Below, in pieces: positions 48,462 through 57,809 of a stretch of DNA of 64,000 nucleotides. The translations under genes and the position numbers were made by a program. The notes under the pieces were generated by a model. The model worked only from the letters and a program-made list of their open reading frames with translations. It was not told where the DNA came from and made no database searches. The stretch covers positions 1,935 through 65,934 of the forward strand of contig JBJDZN010000076.1 of assembly GCA_051868045.1 (NCBI GenBank), written 5' to 3'. Source of the stretch: Eubacteriales bacterium (GTDB taxonomy: Bacteria > Bacillota > Clostridia > Oscillospirales > CAG-272). Numbering within the stretch: position 1 is the first letter of the stretch; each line of letters opens with the position of its first letter.

Positions 48462-49004
48462 ATGAATCTGAAAAAGCACAAATCCATTTTAAATCTGGTG
48501 TACATTGCCCTGTTTGCGGCACTGATTGCCGTATGCAGTTGGATTTCCATCCCCATCAACCTGGTACCCATCACCCTGCAAACCATGGCGGTCTGCATTG
48601 CCGCAGGAATGCTGGGCTGGAAGCGGGGCGTTTGCGCTATTGCCGTCTATCTGGCACTGGGTGCAGTGGGACTGCCCGTGTTTGCGGGCTTCAAAGGCGG
48701 CATCGGCAGTCTGACCGGTGCCACAGGAGGTTATCTGGTGGGATTTCTGCTGACTGCCCTGATTGTCGGGCTGGCAGTGGACCTGTTCGGACGGAAATGG
48801 TTCGTTCTGGCAATTTCCATGGTTCTGGGAATTGCGGTCTGCTACGCTTTGGGAACGGTCTGGTTTGTGATCCTCATGAAGGGCAAGTACACCCTGATTG
48901 CGGCACTGTGGGCGTGCGTGATCCCCTATATCATTCCCGATCTGGTCAAGATTGCCATTGCCACCCTCCTTTGCAACCGTGTTTATAAGATTGTGAAGAT
49001 TTGA
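48462..49004 (+). CDS. bioY: biotin transporter BioY (ECF S-component)
   Basis: ITLQTMAVCIAAGMLG...GLPVFAGFKGGIGSLTGATGGYLVGF signature with six TM segments. Confidence 0.9.
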   Translation: MNLKKHKSILNLVYIALFAALIAVCSWISIPINLVPITLQTMAVCIAAGMLGWKRGVCAIAVYLALGAVGLPVFAGFKGGIGSLTGATGGYLVGFLLTALIVGLAVDLFGRKWFVLAISMVLGIAVCYALGTVWFVILMKGKYTLIAALWACVIPYIIPDLVKIAIATLLCNRVYKIVKI

Positions 49005-49264
49005 TTTGTCAAAAACGGATCCATTATCTGCCGGAGGCTTCTCCGGCAGTTTTTTTGCCATTTGTGAACAAATGGCAAATATTTTAACAAATTGCTTGAC
49101 AATCACAAACAAATATGCTATGCTGATAATGCGATAAGGGGACAGGTTCTGTTCATCGGTGGAACGGTTTCCTGATTCTTTGTCCGAATATTTGTCGATC
49201 CGGCGGTGCTTGCCGGGGATTGGATCGTCAGTGCATTTCGCTTCGGGATCCGGAAAGGTTTGGA

Positions 49265-49462
49265 ATGATTATGATCGGGAAAAAAGAAAAAATGGGACGA
49301 ATTCTCTGTCTGATGTTTTGCACCCTTGCAGTACTGCTTCTTGTTTCCTGCCAGCCAAATGCTGAAGAGGAAGACGAAAGCGAGGCGACCACTTCGGAAT
49401 CGTCGATTTCGTTTGTGGACGATACCGGTGATCTGGAAGAGATTCCGTGGGGAGACAATTGA
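49265..49462 (+). CDS. 65-aa acidic small lipoprotein
   Basis: Lipobox LLLVSCQ and an acidic mature part. GGAAAGG RBS. Alternative starts at 49271 and 49292. Confidence 0.5.
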   Translation: MIMIGKKEKMGRILCLMFCTLAVLLLVSCQPNAEEEDESEATTSESSISFVDDTGDLEEIPWGDN

Positions 49463-49527
49463 CCGAAAGAGACTGACAAAAATTTGATTCATTTTAGAAA
49501 GAAAGAGTTACAGAAAGGATGATTAAA

Positions 49528-50844
49528 ATGAAGAATACCTTGAAAACACTGCTTATTTGCACTTTGGCAACAGCACTTTTGGTGTCCTGCAACCGTCAAA
49601 CGGGTGAAGAGGAAACCACCACTTCTGCAACGACTCAGAATGCCGACACAACCGCTCCTTCTTCCAATCCCACGACCCCTGACTCCACCGAAGTCAAGAC
49701 CCCGGAGGAAATCTATGCCGAAATTCTGGCATCCCAGAACAATCTGAAATATGAAATTACCAACGTGGCTGAGGGAATCACGGTCAGTATTCTCACCAGT
49801 ATTGATGGGAATAAGGCATATATGGTAACTTCCTATGATTTTCTTGGTATGAGCCAGACCGAAGAGACCTATTTTGTCGAAGAAGAGGGCGATGCAAACC
49901 GTTACTCTTACTATTACCAGGAAGACGGCAGTTGGTATAAGTACTCGTATGAAGAGAGTGAGGATACCGAAGGTAATACGAGTATGTTTACTTCCGATTT
50001 TGAAGATCTGGAGGACTTCTTCAAATCAGAGAACTTCGGAGAATTCGACAGCACAACCAACCGCTATCTCATCAATGAGGGTGTTGTGGTTGAAGAAACC
50101 GCTATCTTGAGCGGCTATCTTGAAATTGCCGATGACAGCTACACAATAGAGTTTGTGATCAGCGAAGAGGGCTACGAAATGACCACCAAAACGGTCTTCT
50201 CCGATTTCGGAAAGGTTTCGATCACGCTTCCCGAGGCAGAGGAGATAGACCCCGGGGAAGGATTTATTCCTGTTGAGTATCCCGAGACGGCTCCCTCCCC
50301 TGAGGAGATTTCCGCTCAGATCGAGACCGCCGAGAATGTCAGCATTGATCTTTATTCGGCTGTTGGTGAAGATAGTGTGTCGATGTATCTGGAACAGGAC
50401 AGAAACCTGATTTGGGTGATAACCGGCGTTTACTCCGGTAATGTTGGCTTTACGGATGAGTTTTATCTTGAAAAGGATGGAGATGCCGTCTATCTCTATC
50501 GTGTAGATGAAAACGGCAACTGGTGCAAGGAAGAGGTAACGGATGAGGATTTTGAGTATTACAGTGCGGACAACTCGGTGATTTCCGAACTGCTGAAGAC
50601 TGAAAACTTTGAGGAATATGATCCTGAAACGGGCGAATACCTTCTCAAAGACGGCAAGACGGTTCCCATTGAAGACTTTGGTACGGTTACCTTCGCATCC
50701 ATTGATGTTGGCTTTGACGGCAGCTACTTCATTTATCTGACTGTCGAAAGCGAAGACAGCGTCATGGAGGAAGAGTATTATTTCTCCTACTACGATTTCG
50801 GTTCCACCGATATTTACATTCCCTTTGAGAATGCGGTAGGATAA
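49528..50844 (+). CDS. acidic lipoprotein with an internally duplicated domain, function unknown
   Basis: Lipobox ALLVSCN. Two roughly 190-aa modules share the pattern Y(F/L)xE(E/K)xGDAxxxY...(E/D)(D/N)G(S/N)W(Y/C)K...ENF(G/E)E(F/Y)D. Confidence 0.65.
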   Translation: MKNTLKTLLICTLATALLVSCNRQTGEEETTTSATTQNADTTAPSSNPTTPDSTEVKTPEEIYAEILASQNNLKYEITNVAEGITVSILTSIDGNKAYMVTSYDFLGMSQTEETYFVEEEGDANRYSYYYQEDGSWYKYSYEESEDTEGNTSMFTSDFEDLEDFFKSENFGEFDSTTNRYLINEGVVVEETAILSGYLEIADDSYTIEFVISEEGYEMTTKTVFSDFGKVSITLPEAEEIDPGEGFIPVEYPETAPSPEEISAQIETAENVSIDLYSAVGEDSVSMYLEQDRNLIWVITGVYSGNVGFTDEFYLEKDGDAVYLYRVDENGNWCKEEVTDEDFEYYSADNSVISELLKTENFEEYDPETGEYLLKDGKTVPIEDFGTVTFASIDVGFDGSYFIYLTVESEDSVMEEEYYFSYYDFGSTDIYIPFENAVG

Positions 50845-50911
50845 ATTCCCATAAAAGAAAATGACGGTGGCTTTTTCAAATGTCGGCATTTGAAAAAGCC
50901 ACCTTTTTTTG

Positions 50912-51292
50912 CTATTTTCGGCTGTCGGACCGTCTTTTTCGGCGGGCACTGTGAGAGGAGTCGTCCTCTGCCTGTCTGGCAGTCAGGGAAATGAGGAGTT
51001 TTCGATCGTCCGGGATATTTCCTTCCAGAGCCGCCTTGTTCCGGCGAAGCTCGCCGCATTTCTGACAGCGATGAAGGATGATGTATCCTTTTTTGGCATC
51101 GGGTAAAACCGAAATCGGCTCCAGCAGTCCTCCGCAATCGTTGGCACGGTCGCCGGGAAGAATATCCACATGGAGCGACCAGAGACAATAGGGACAGTGA
51201 TTCCTTGAGGTTTTCACCAGCGGAGGAACCTCCCTGCCGCAGTGCAGGCAGACAAAACCGTTGTCGTTTTTGGAAAATCGTTTGGTTTCCAT
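50912..51292 (-). CDS. RNHCP domain-containing protein
   Basis: The literal RNHCPYCLWSLHVD motif plus CLHCG and CQKCG Cys pairs. Confidence 0.8.
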   Translation of the reverse strand: METKRFSKNDNGFVCLHCGREVPPLVKTSRNHCPYCLWSLHVDILPGDRANDCGGLLEPISVLPDAKKGYIILHRCQKCGELRRNKAALEGNIPDDRKLLISLTARQAEDDSSHSARRKRRSDSRK

Positions 51293-51475
51293 GTGCGGGA
51301 TTTCCTTTCTGAGATCGGTTAAAATTGCCGATCTTTGGCAAATTTTCGGTCATATGGATGGGATTTTAATGGAAACAGGGTTCATCGGGCATAAGAAACT
51401 TCATTGTCGTACAAACTATCGCCGAAGGCAGAAATTCTGTCTTTGAGATCAAAAGAAAGGAAATTGATCGAAGCA

Positions 51476-52225
51476 ATGCGAAACAGAGTAGCTTGTAAAC
51501 TGCCTGTCCTTTTGGCGATGGTATTTGTTCTGGCGATCTTCTGCACTGCCGCACTCAGCGTCTCTGCCGATGTCGGAGCTTTTGGTGCGGAACCGATCCG
51601 TTCTACCCTGAACGATCGTGACGGTGACGGTGTGCTGGAAGACGGATCCTTCAGAAACGGGATGCAGGACGGAGTCGGTGGAAATACCGGATCGGAAGCG
51701 GGCAATGCGATAGATGATGTCGGAGACGGTGTTGGCGATGCGATTGACGGCGTTGGTAACGGTGCAAACGATATTATCGACGGTATCGGCGACGGTGCCA
51801 ACGACATCATAGACGGCGTCGGCGACGGCATCAACGATGCCACCGGCGGCACAAACGGCAATGGCAACGGTACCGCAAACGGTACCACAAACGGTACGAC
51901 AAACGGTAACGGAACGACCAACGGAACGACCAACGGAACGACCAACGGAACGACCAACGGGGTAACCACCCCCGGGGGGACCAATGTGCCTGGCGGAACC
52001 GTCACAACCCCCGGTGTAACCGATGGCACCACCGCAGGTGCAACGACCTCGGATGCTCTGGGCTCCGGTAATACCACCACGGATAACGGAACTGCGGACG
52101 ATAAGGATAACGGCGGCTTTAACTGGACCGGACTGATTATCGGTCTGATCGTGGTTGCGGCAGTGATTCTTGTGATCGTTCTTCTGATTCCCAAAAATGC
52201 CGGATCGGACGACAAGAAGAAATAA
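51476..52225 (+). CDS. secreted, C-terminally TM-anchored Asp/Gly/Asn/Thr repeat protein
   Basis: Signal peptide KLPVLLAMVFVLAIFCTAALSVSA, then about 11-aa GDGxNDIIDG(I/V) repeats, a (TNGT)n tract, and a C-terminal TM LIIGLIVVAAVILVIVLLI with a KKK tail. Confidence 0.65.
   Translation: MRNRVACKLPVLLAMVFVLAIFCTAALSVSADVGAFGAEPIRSTLNDRDGDGVLEDGSFRNGMQDGVGGNTGSEAGNAIDDVGDGVGDAIDGVGNGANDIIDGIGDGANDIIDGVGDGINDATGGTNGNGNGTANGTTNGTTNGNGTTNGTTNGTTNGTTNGVTTPGGTNVPGGTVTTPGVTDGTTAGATTSDALGSGNTTTDNGTADDKDNGGFNWTGLIIGLIVVAAVILVIVLLIPKNAGSDDKKK
51911..51960 (+). repeat. perfect 12-bp tandem repeat (GGAACGACCAAC) x4 inside the repeat-protein gene
   Basis: Read directly from the sequence. It encodes GTTN x4. 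Confidence 0.9.
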
Positions 52226-52283
52226 ACCTCAAACCAACCAATCGCAGAATATGCGGTTGGTTGGTTTTTCGGCGATTTCAGGG

Positions 52284-53717
52284 TTATTTCTTTAAATCGG
52301 ATGACGTCAGCGTGATGGAAGCGGCAAACTGATAGTTGGGATCGCCCCGTTCGGCGGTGGTAGAGCGGAGCAGTTCCAGCGAGATTTCGGGAGTGTACTC
52401 CAGAACCGTTCCGCTGGTCAGAACGACTTTGACAGGGGAGAACAGATCAACCATGTCTTCGTTTAAATAGAGGGTGATCTCACCGCTCCGAAGTCTGGAG
52501 GTGTTCATGGTGATGGTATTGGTCGCCTTGTCGTAGCTGACGTCGATGGTACTGCCTGCGGCTGTGGAGGAAATCCAGTAGAAGGACTCGATTCCGCGCT
52601 GATCTGCCTTGCTGACGGTCGTGTTCCAGATCACCCGGGTCGGCAGCGGATCTCTCGTGTGGGCGGTCATCAGGGTGGCGGCATCGGTGTTGGCTTTGGT
52701 GGTGTTGCCGGTGGCAGATGCCAGTGTGCCGTTTGCCGTGTAGGCGGCGTACCAGGCTGCGAGATCCTTGACAACGGTCTGATCGGTGGTGGCATTGTCT
52801 CCTACTACGCCGTGCTCCTTGCCTACATGAACGAAGCATTGATGGAAATATCCGCCGCCGTATTTTTCAGCCAGTGCATCCAGTTTTTCAGAGTACTCCA
52901 CCGTGACGGTGTTTCGGCTGTAAGCACTGTCCAACTCGCCGACATTGAGATAGAAGGGAAGATTGTACAGATTGGTCAGATCAATGCCTTCGGGATGCCC
53001 TGCGGTCATGGTGGCAGATGCCAGCCGATCGGCAAGGACGGGGGCAATCTGATAGACTCCGTTTCCTCCCGCACTGTAGCCTACGATGTAAACCTTGTTT
53101 GGATCGGCATTCATATAGAGGATGCAGTCCTCGATGATCCGATCATAGAACGCCCAGCTGATGTCGGTGGAGAAAATCTGACCGCTGGACTCGTTGTCCG
53201 ATACCGAGCGGATGGAAATGTAGATGGCTGAGACACGGGTCTGGGTGTAGCGGTCTGCCATACCTGCCCACTGGCTTTCGTTGGTGGTTCCGGAGGGATC
53301 GTATCCGCCTCCGTGATACACCAGAAAAACGGGATAACCGTCGGCGGGTTGTTTGCCCACGACCTTGGTTTGCACCTTCATGGTGGTGCGTCCGATTTTG
53401 ATGTTGGTGATCTTGTTTTTCTGAATTTCGGTGGCACGTTCGGGGGATTCTTCGGCAACCTGCTCGGCGTACTCCTGCCAGATCAGCTCCCGCAGGGCAG
53501 TTACCGAGGCATTGTCGGTCAGGTTTGCCGCAAGGGCTTCGATCCGATCAGCCAAAGGAGCATCATCGGGAAGTGAGGAGTCGGCGGTTGCGGCAACGCT
53601 GTCCGTTCCGGTGTCGCTGCTTTGCGTCGGATCGCCCGATCCGCAGGAGGCGAAGGGGATCAGCAGACTTCCGATCAGAAGGGAACAGATGATAAACTTT
53701 AAAACGTGTTTTGTCAT
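52284..53717 (-). CDS. alpha/beta-hydrolase (esterase) lipoprotein
   Basis: Lipobox LIPFASCGS, HGGG-type oxyanion region FLVYHGGGYD, and nucleophile elbow GYSAGG. AGGAGAA RBS. The start overlaps the thyX stop (ATGA). Confidence 0.65.
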   Translation of the reverse strand: MTKHVLKFIICSLLIGSLLIPFASCGSGDPTQSSDTGTDSVAATADSSLPDDAPLADRIEALAANLTDNASVTALRELIWQEYAEQVAEESPERATEIQKNKITNIKIGRTTMKVQTKVVGKQPADGYPVFLVYHGGGYDPSGTTNESQWAGMADRYTQTRVSAIYISIRSVSDNESSGQIFSTDISWAFYDRIIEDCILYMNADPNKVYIVGYSAGGNGVYQIAPVLADRLASATMTAGHPEGIDLTNLYNLPFYLNVGELDSAYSRNTVTVEYSEKLDALAEKYGGGYFHQCFVHVGKEHGVVGDNATTDQTVVKDLAAWYAAYTANGTLASATGNTTKANTDAATLMTAHTRDPLPTRVIWNTTVSKADQRGIESFYWISSTAAGSTIDVSYDKATNTITMNTSRLRSGEITLYLNEDMVDLFSPVKVVLTSGTVLEYTPEISLELLRSTTAERGDPNYQFAASITLTSSDLKK

Positions 53718-54502
53718 GAGTTGTTCTCCTTTTTCTTGTTTTGAGTCAGGTTTCTGAATTTTTCCCGGACTTCCGCAGCCTTTCCGCAGGTCATGGAGCC
53801 TTCCGAGCAGCCGCCTCGGACACAGGAGGGTCCCGCACCGGAGAAGAGCAGGGGCGCAGCTTCCAGACAGAGGGTCAGCATCCGGGTCGCCAGTTCTCGG
53901 ATCTCCCACTGGGCACGGTTGCAACAGCGGAGCTTGAAGAAATTGTAGAGGGAGCGGGTGTTCATGGTCATGATAATGCGGGTGTCACAGGAATTGGGCA
54001 GAACGAAACGGGCATCCTCATTCGCCATCTTTCCTGCCGTTTTTGCGGCATCTGCGGGGGTACGCCCCTGTTCGATCAGGGTCTTCTCGTGCTTCTCCAT
54101 CAGGATTTGCCTCAGCTTGTCATAGGCTTCGGCATCCTTTTTCATCATATCGTCGTAGATTTCCTTTGCCTCGGGAATGGCGGCAATTTCGGGGGGCGTA
54201 ATGTATTCAAATCCCGATTTTTCCACATATCGCTGGCTTTGCACCGAGAAGGAAGCGATTCTGTGACGGGTCAGCTGGGCGAGCAGGGTTCGGGAAACGC
54301 CCTCAATACCGAAGGTAAAGGAGGCGTGTTCAATGGGGGATTCGTGTCCCAGATCGCCCAGCAGCTTGAGGAAGCTCTCCACCTTGTCGGGGGTCAACTT
54401 CTCCATCAGAGAGTCGATGTTGCATTTGGCATAGCAGAGCTTGGCGGCGGCGGCAACCAGTTTGTCGGCGTCGGGGGTATAGGTGATCAGTTCCACTTTC
54501 AT
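53714..54502 (-). CDS. thyX: FAD-dependent thymidylate synthase ThyX
   Basis: ThyX motif RHRIASFSVQSQRY. Start MKVELITYTP with a GAAAGGAAG RBS. Confidence 0.9.
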   Translation of the reverse strand: MKVELITYTPDADKLVAAAAKLCYAKCNIDSLMEKLTPDKVESFLKLLGDLGHESPIEHASFTFGIEGVSRTLLAQLTRHRIASFSVQSQRYVEKSGFEYITPPEIAAIPEAKEIYDDMMKKDAEAYDKLRQILMEKHEKTLIEQGRTPADAAKTAGKMANEDARFVLPNSCDTRIIMTMNTRSLYNFFKLRCCNRAQWEIRELATRMLTLCLEAAPLLFSGAGPSCVRGGCSEGSMTCGKAAEVREKFRNLTQNKKKENNS

Positions 54503-54652
54503 GGGATTTCTTCCTTTCAATTCAATTCGATTCGATTTCAATGGGTCATTTGGGGTTCTGCGGAAATGATGACGGATGGTTTGAAAATGTGAAAACGGGG
54601 GATATGTCTTTATTCTAGCATAGAAAAACCGTCTTGTCAAGGGAGTTTGCCG

Positions 54653-55231
54653 TCAGTGCTGCATCTCGTCCAGCGTCAGATTGAAGGTGGGGAGATACTC
54701 TTCCATAAAAATGGCAAGCTCCGGGCAGTCCATCTTCTCAAGAGCGGCGTAGGTGGTCTTGGCGGCGTCGGAAAATTCACTGTTTCCGCACTTCAGCTCT
54801 TCAATGCACTTGATGTAGGCACACAACTTGTCTGCTGCCTTGACCAGCAGATGAATGTCGGGATCGGGAATTTCCAGAATGGTCCGGTAGGAATCCTCCA
54901 TTTCCTTCGGAAGGTGGGAAACCAGCGCATTTACGGCGTAATCTTCGATTTTTTGATAGTTTTCCCGCATTTCGGGGGTATGATATTTGATGGGGGTTGG
55001 CATATCGCCGGTATAGACCTCGGTGGCATCGTGATAGAGGGCGTGTACGCAGACAGCACCGGCATCATAGGCTTTGTTCAGACGTTCGTTGCCGATCAGG
55101 GCAAGACAGTGGGCGATCATGGCGACCTGAGCCGAATGCTCCGCCAGATTTTCGTCGGCGGTGTTGCGCATAAGACCCCAGCGTTTGATGTAACGCTGAC
55201 GGAAAATCAGCGCAAAGAAGCTGTTGTTCAT
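54653..55231 (-). CDS. yfbR: HD-domain 5'-deoxynucleotidase (YfbR family)
   Basis: The N-terminus RQRYIKRWGLMRNTADENLAEHSAQVAMIAH closely parallels E. coli YfbR. HD motif (YHDATEVYTGD). Confidence 0.85.
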   Translation of the reverse strand: MNNSFFALIFRQRYIKRWGLMRNTADENLAEHSAQVAMIAHCLALIGNERLNKAYDAGAVCVHALYHDATEVYTGDMPTPIKYHTPEMRENYQKIEDYAVNALVSHLPKEMEDSYRTILEIPDPDIHLLVKAADKLCAYIKCIEELKCGNSEFSDAAKTTYAALEKMDCPELAIFMEEYLPTFNLTLDEMQH

Positions 55232-55359
55232 ATAAAATCCTCTTTTTCGGTTGATGATATATTATTGAAAGTTTTTGAAGGTTTTCAGGGGACTTTTTTC
55301 AAAAAGTCCCCTGAATGGGGGTCGGGGCAACGCCCCGGAAGGGATGGCTTGCCATAAAA

Positions 55360-55581
55360 TCAGTTCTGCTTCTGAACGCTCTTGTATTCGTCGTAGTAGC
55401 GGAAATAGGGGCAATCACTGCCGTTGATATAGCCGGCAAGATCGTCCTCATCCAGAGCGACGGTGCAGATTTTGTCCCCCGAATCCCCGTCCCAGTCGTA
55501 GAATTCACAGATGTCGCAGGAGGGCTTGATTTTTCCCCGCTTGATCTTTTGGGAAGCCCCACGGTTCTGTTGATCGTTCAT
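55360..55581 (-). CDS. 73-aa acidic Cys-containing protein of unknown function, translationally coupled to birA
   Basis: Its ATG overlaps the birA stop (ATGA). Cys pattern CDIC...C...DC. Confidence 0.55.
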   Translation of the reverse strand: MNDQQNRGASQKIKRGKIKPSCDICEFYDWDGDSGDKICTVALDEDDLAGYINGSDCPYFRYYDEYKSVQKQN

Positions 55582-56537
55582 AGAGTCTCTCCCTTCAGTC
55601 TGATGCTGATCTCTCCGGTGGACAGAACCTGCGTTCTGCCGTCACATTCCACAAGCAGTCCTCCGTCATCGTCGATGCCGACCGCTTTGCCGACGTGCTT
55701 TTCGCTCCCCAGGTAAAAATCAATTTCCTTGCCGATGACCAGAGAACGGCTGCGGTAGTCCTCCATCAGGGAGGGGGCGGATAGCATTTCCCATAGATCC
55801 AGCAGTCTGTCGCAGACGGTCGCCGCCAGCAACGGACGGGAAATTGCCATTCCGATGGAGGCTGCCCGTCCGGAAATGTCATCCGGAAAATCGGATGTGG
55901 TAATGTTGATGCCGATACCTACCACCACCGATTGGACGGTTCCGCTTTCAATATCGGTCACTGCCTCGGACAGGATGCCGCAAATCTTCCGGTCCCCCAG
56001 ATAGACATCGTTCACCCATTTGATCATCGGATGCAGACCGGATAACTCCTCGATAGCCATGCAGACCGCCAGTGCGGCGGCGGCAGTGATCCTCATGACC
56101 TTGGAGATGTTGTCCCCGGGCTGAAGAATCAGCGACAGATAGATTCCCGTATCGGCGGGCGAGTAGAAGGCACGTCCCAGTCTGCCCCGTCCGCCGGTCT
56201 GCTCCCCTGCTACCACAAGAGCGCATCCGCTGTATCCGGAGGAGACCATCCGCTTTGCCTCGTTGTTGGTGGAATCTATGGTATCGAAGACGTACAGATC
56301 AATCCCGTGGTGCAGACGAGCCCGGACCGACTCTGCCGACAGACGGTCACAGGCGGTTGCCAATCGGTATCCCCGGTTCTGCGCCGCTTCGATTTCGTAT
56401 CCCTCCTGCTTCAGGGCGGAGATCGCCTTCCATACGGCATTCCGGGATACCCCGAAATGCTCTGCCAGTGCCTGCCCCGACAGATCCGCGCCTCTGTTTT
56501 CCTCCAGCAGTGCCAGAATGTCGTTTTTCAGTGCCAT
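55578..56537 (-). CDS. birA: bifunctional biotin--[acetyl-CoA-carboxylase] ligase / biotin operon repressor
   Basis: N-terminal winged HTH (LSGQALAEHFGVSRNAVWKAISALKQEGYEI) and the biotin-binding loop GRGRLGRAF. Confidence 0.92.
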   Translation of the reverse strand: MALKNDILALLEENRGADLSGQALAEHFGVSRNAVWKAISALKQEGYEIEAAQNRGYRLATACDRLSAESVRARLHHGIDLYVFDTIDSTNNEAKRMVSSGYSGCALVVAGEQTGGRGRLGRAFYSPADTGIYLSLILQPGDNISKVMRITAAAALAVCMAIEELSGLHPMIKWVNDVYLGDRKICGILSEAVTDIESGTVQSVVVGIGINITTSDFPDDISGRAASIGMAISRPLLAATVCDRLLDLWEMLSAPSLMEDYRSRSLVIGKEIDFYLGSEKHVGKAVGIDDDGGLLVECDGRTQVLSTGEISIRLKGETL

Positions 56538-56704
56538 TTTCTTCCATGCCTTTCCAAATGCTTATCTTTTTTATAAGTGTACCACATTTTGCCGAAATTT
56601 TCAAGATATTTCCATGAAAATGCTTGCATTTCCAAAAAAATTATTGTATAATAAATTCAATATGACCCTTATATGTGACCAATGGAAAGGATGACTCTGC
56701 AGAT

Positions 56705-57625
56705 ATGAATATCCTGCATCTGAAATATGCCGTAGAAGTGGAGAAAACCCGCTCCATCAGTAAGGCGGCGGAGAATCTTTTTATGGGTCAGCCAAATCTG
56801 TCACGTGCCATCCGTGAGTTGGAGTCGTCGCTGGGAATCACCATCTTCAAGCGTACTTCCAAGGGAATCACCATCACCCCCCAAGGCGAGGATTTTCTCT
56901 CCCGTGCCAAGAACATTCTTTCCCAGATTGACGAGATGGAAAACTACTATAAAACAGGGCAGGGAGGCATCCGGAAATTTTCCCTGTCAGCCCCCCGTGC
57001 CAGCTTTGTCTGCTCTGCCTTCGCCGAGTTTGCCGCATCGCTGGACAGAGAGTCCCCCACAGAGATTTACTACAAGGAAACCAACTCCATCCGAGCCATC
57101 GACAATCTGCTTCAGGCGGACTATAAACTGGGCATAATCCGTTTCCAGACCCTCTTCGAATCCTACTATAAGGCTCTTTTTCACGAAAAGGGGATTGCCA
57201 GCCAGACCATCGTCGAATATTCCTGCGTGGCATTGATGTCTGTGAAGAATCCGCTTGCCTGGAAGGAATCCATCACCCAAAGCGATCTTGCGGGTTATGT
57301 GGAAATCGCCAATCCTGACCACTATGTTCCTTCACTGCCCTTCGCCGATGCCATCAAGGCGGAAATGTCCGACTTCACCGACCATCACATCTATGTTTAC
57401 GAGCGGGCATCCCAGTTTGAACTGCTGGACAAGGTGGAAAATTCCTTCATGTGGGTGTCCGCCATTCCACAGGACATCCTCGACAAGTACGGATTGATTC
57501 AGAAAAAGTGTCCCGATAACGAAAAACGCTATAAGGATGTCCTGATTTACCGTAAAGGCTATCATTTAACCGATTTGGATCGTAAATTTTTGGATATTTT
57601 GGATAAATATAAGACCCAAATTTAA
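56705..57625 (+). CDS. LysR family transcriptional regulator
   Basis: N-terminal HTH LHLKYAVEVEKTRSISKAAENLFMGQPNLSRAIRELE with a C-terminal substrate-binding domain. It lies upstream of adhE. Confidence 0.85.
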   Translation: MNILHLKYAVEVEKTRSISKAAENLFMGQPNLSRAIRELESSLGITIFKRTSKGITITPQGEDFLSRAKNILSQIDEMENYYKTGQGGIRKFSLSAPRASFVCSAFAEFAASLDRESPTEIYYKETNSIRAIDNLLQADYKLGIIRFQTLFESYYKALFHEKGIASQTIVEYSCVALMSVKNPLAWKESITQSDLAGYVEIANPDHYVPSLPFADAIKAEMSDFTDHHIYVYERASQFELLDKVENSFMWVSAIPQDILDKYGLIQKKCPDNEKRYKDVLIYRKGYHLTDLDRKFLDILDKYKTQI

Positions 57626-57809
57626 GCTGATCTGTACAAAAAAGCATATCAAAAAAGATATAATGATATGCTTTTTTGGTACTTTACAAACGTTCAAATG
57701 TGTGTTAAAATATTAACAGACAAGAGAATATAAGCAAATACAGACGGACAGAAGCGTGCCCAAGCGGGCATATGTCCGCCGAATTCAAGTAAACGGAGGA
57801 GAAAGAGTT

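Noticed and set aside
51382-52215. A 277-aa minus-strand Pro/Val/Thr-rich ORF opposite the repeat protein.
   Set aside because: Both strands are open because of the repeats. The plus frame has a signal peptide, a C-terminal TM anchor and sensible boundaries, and the minus frame has none of these.
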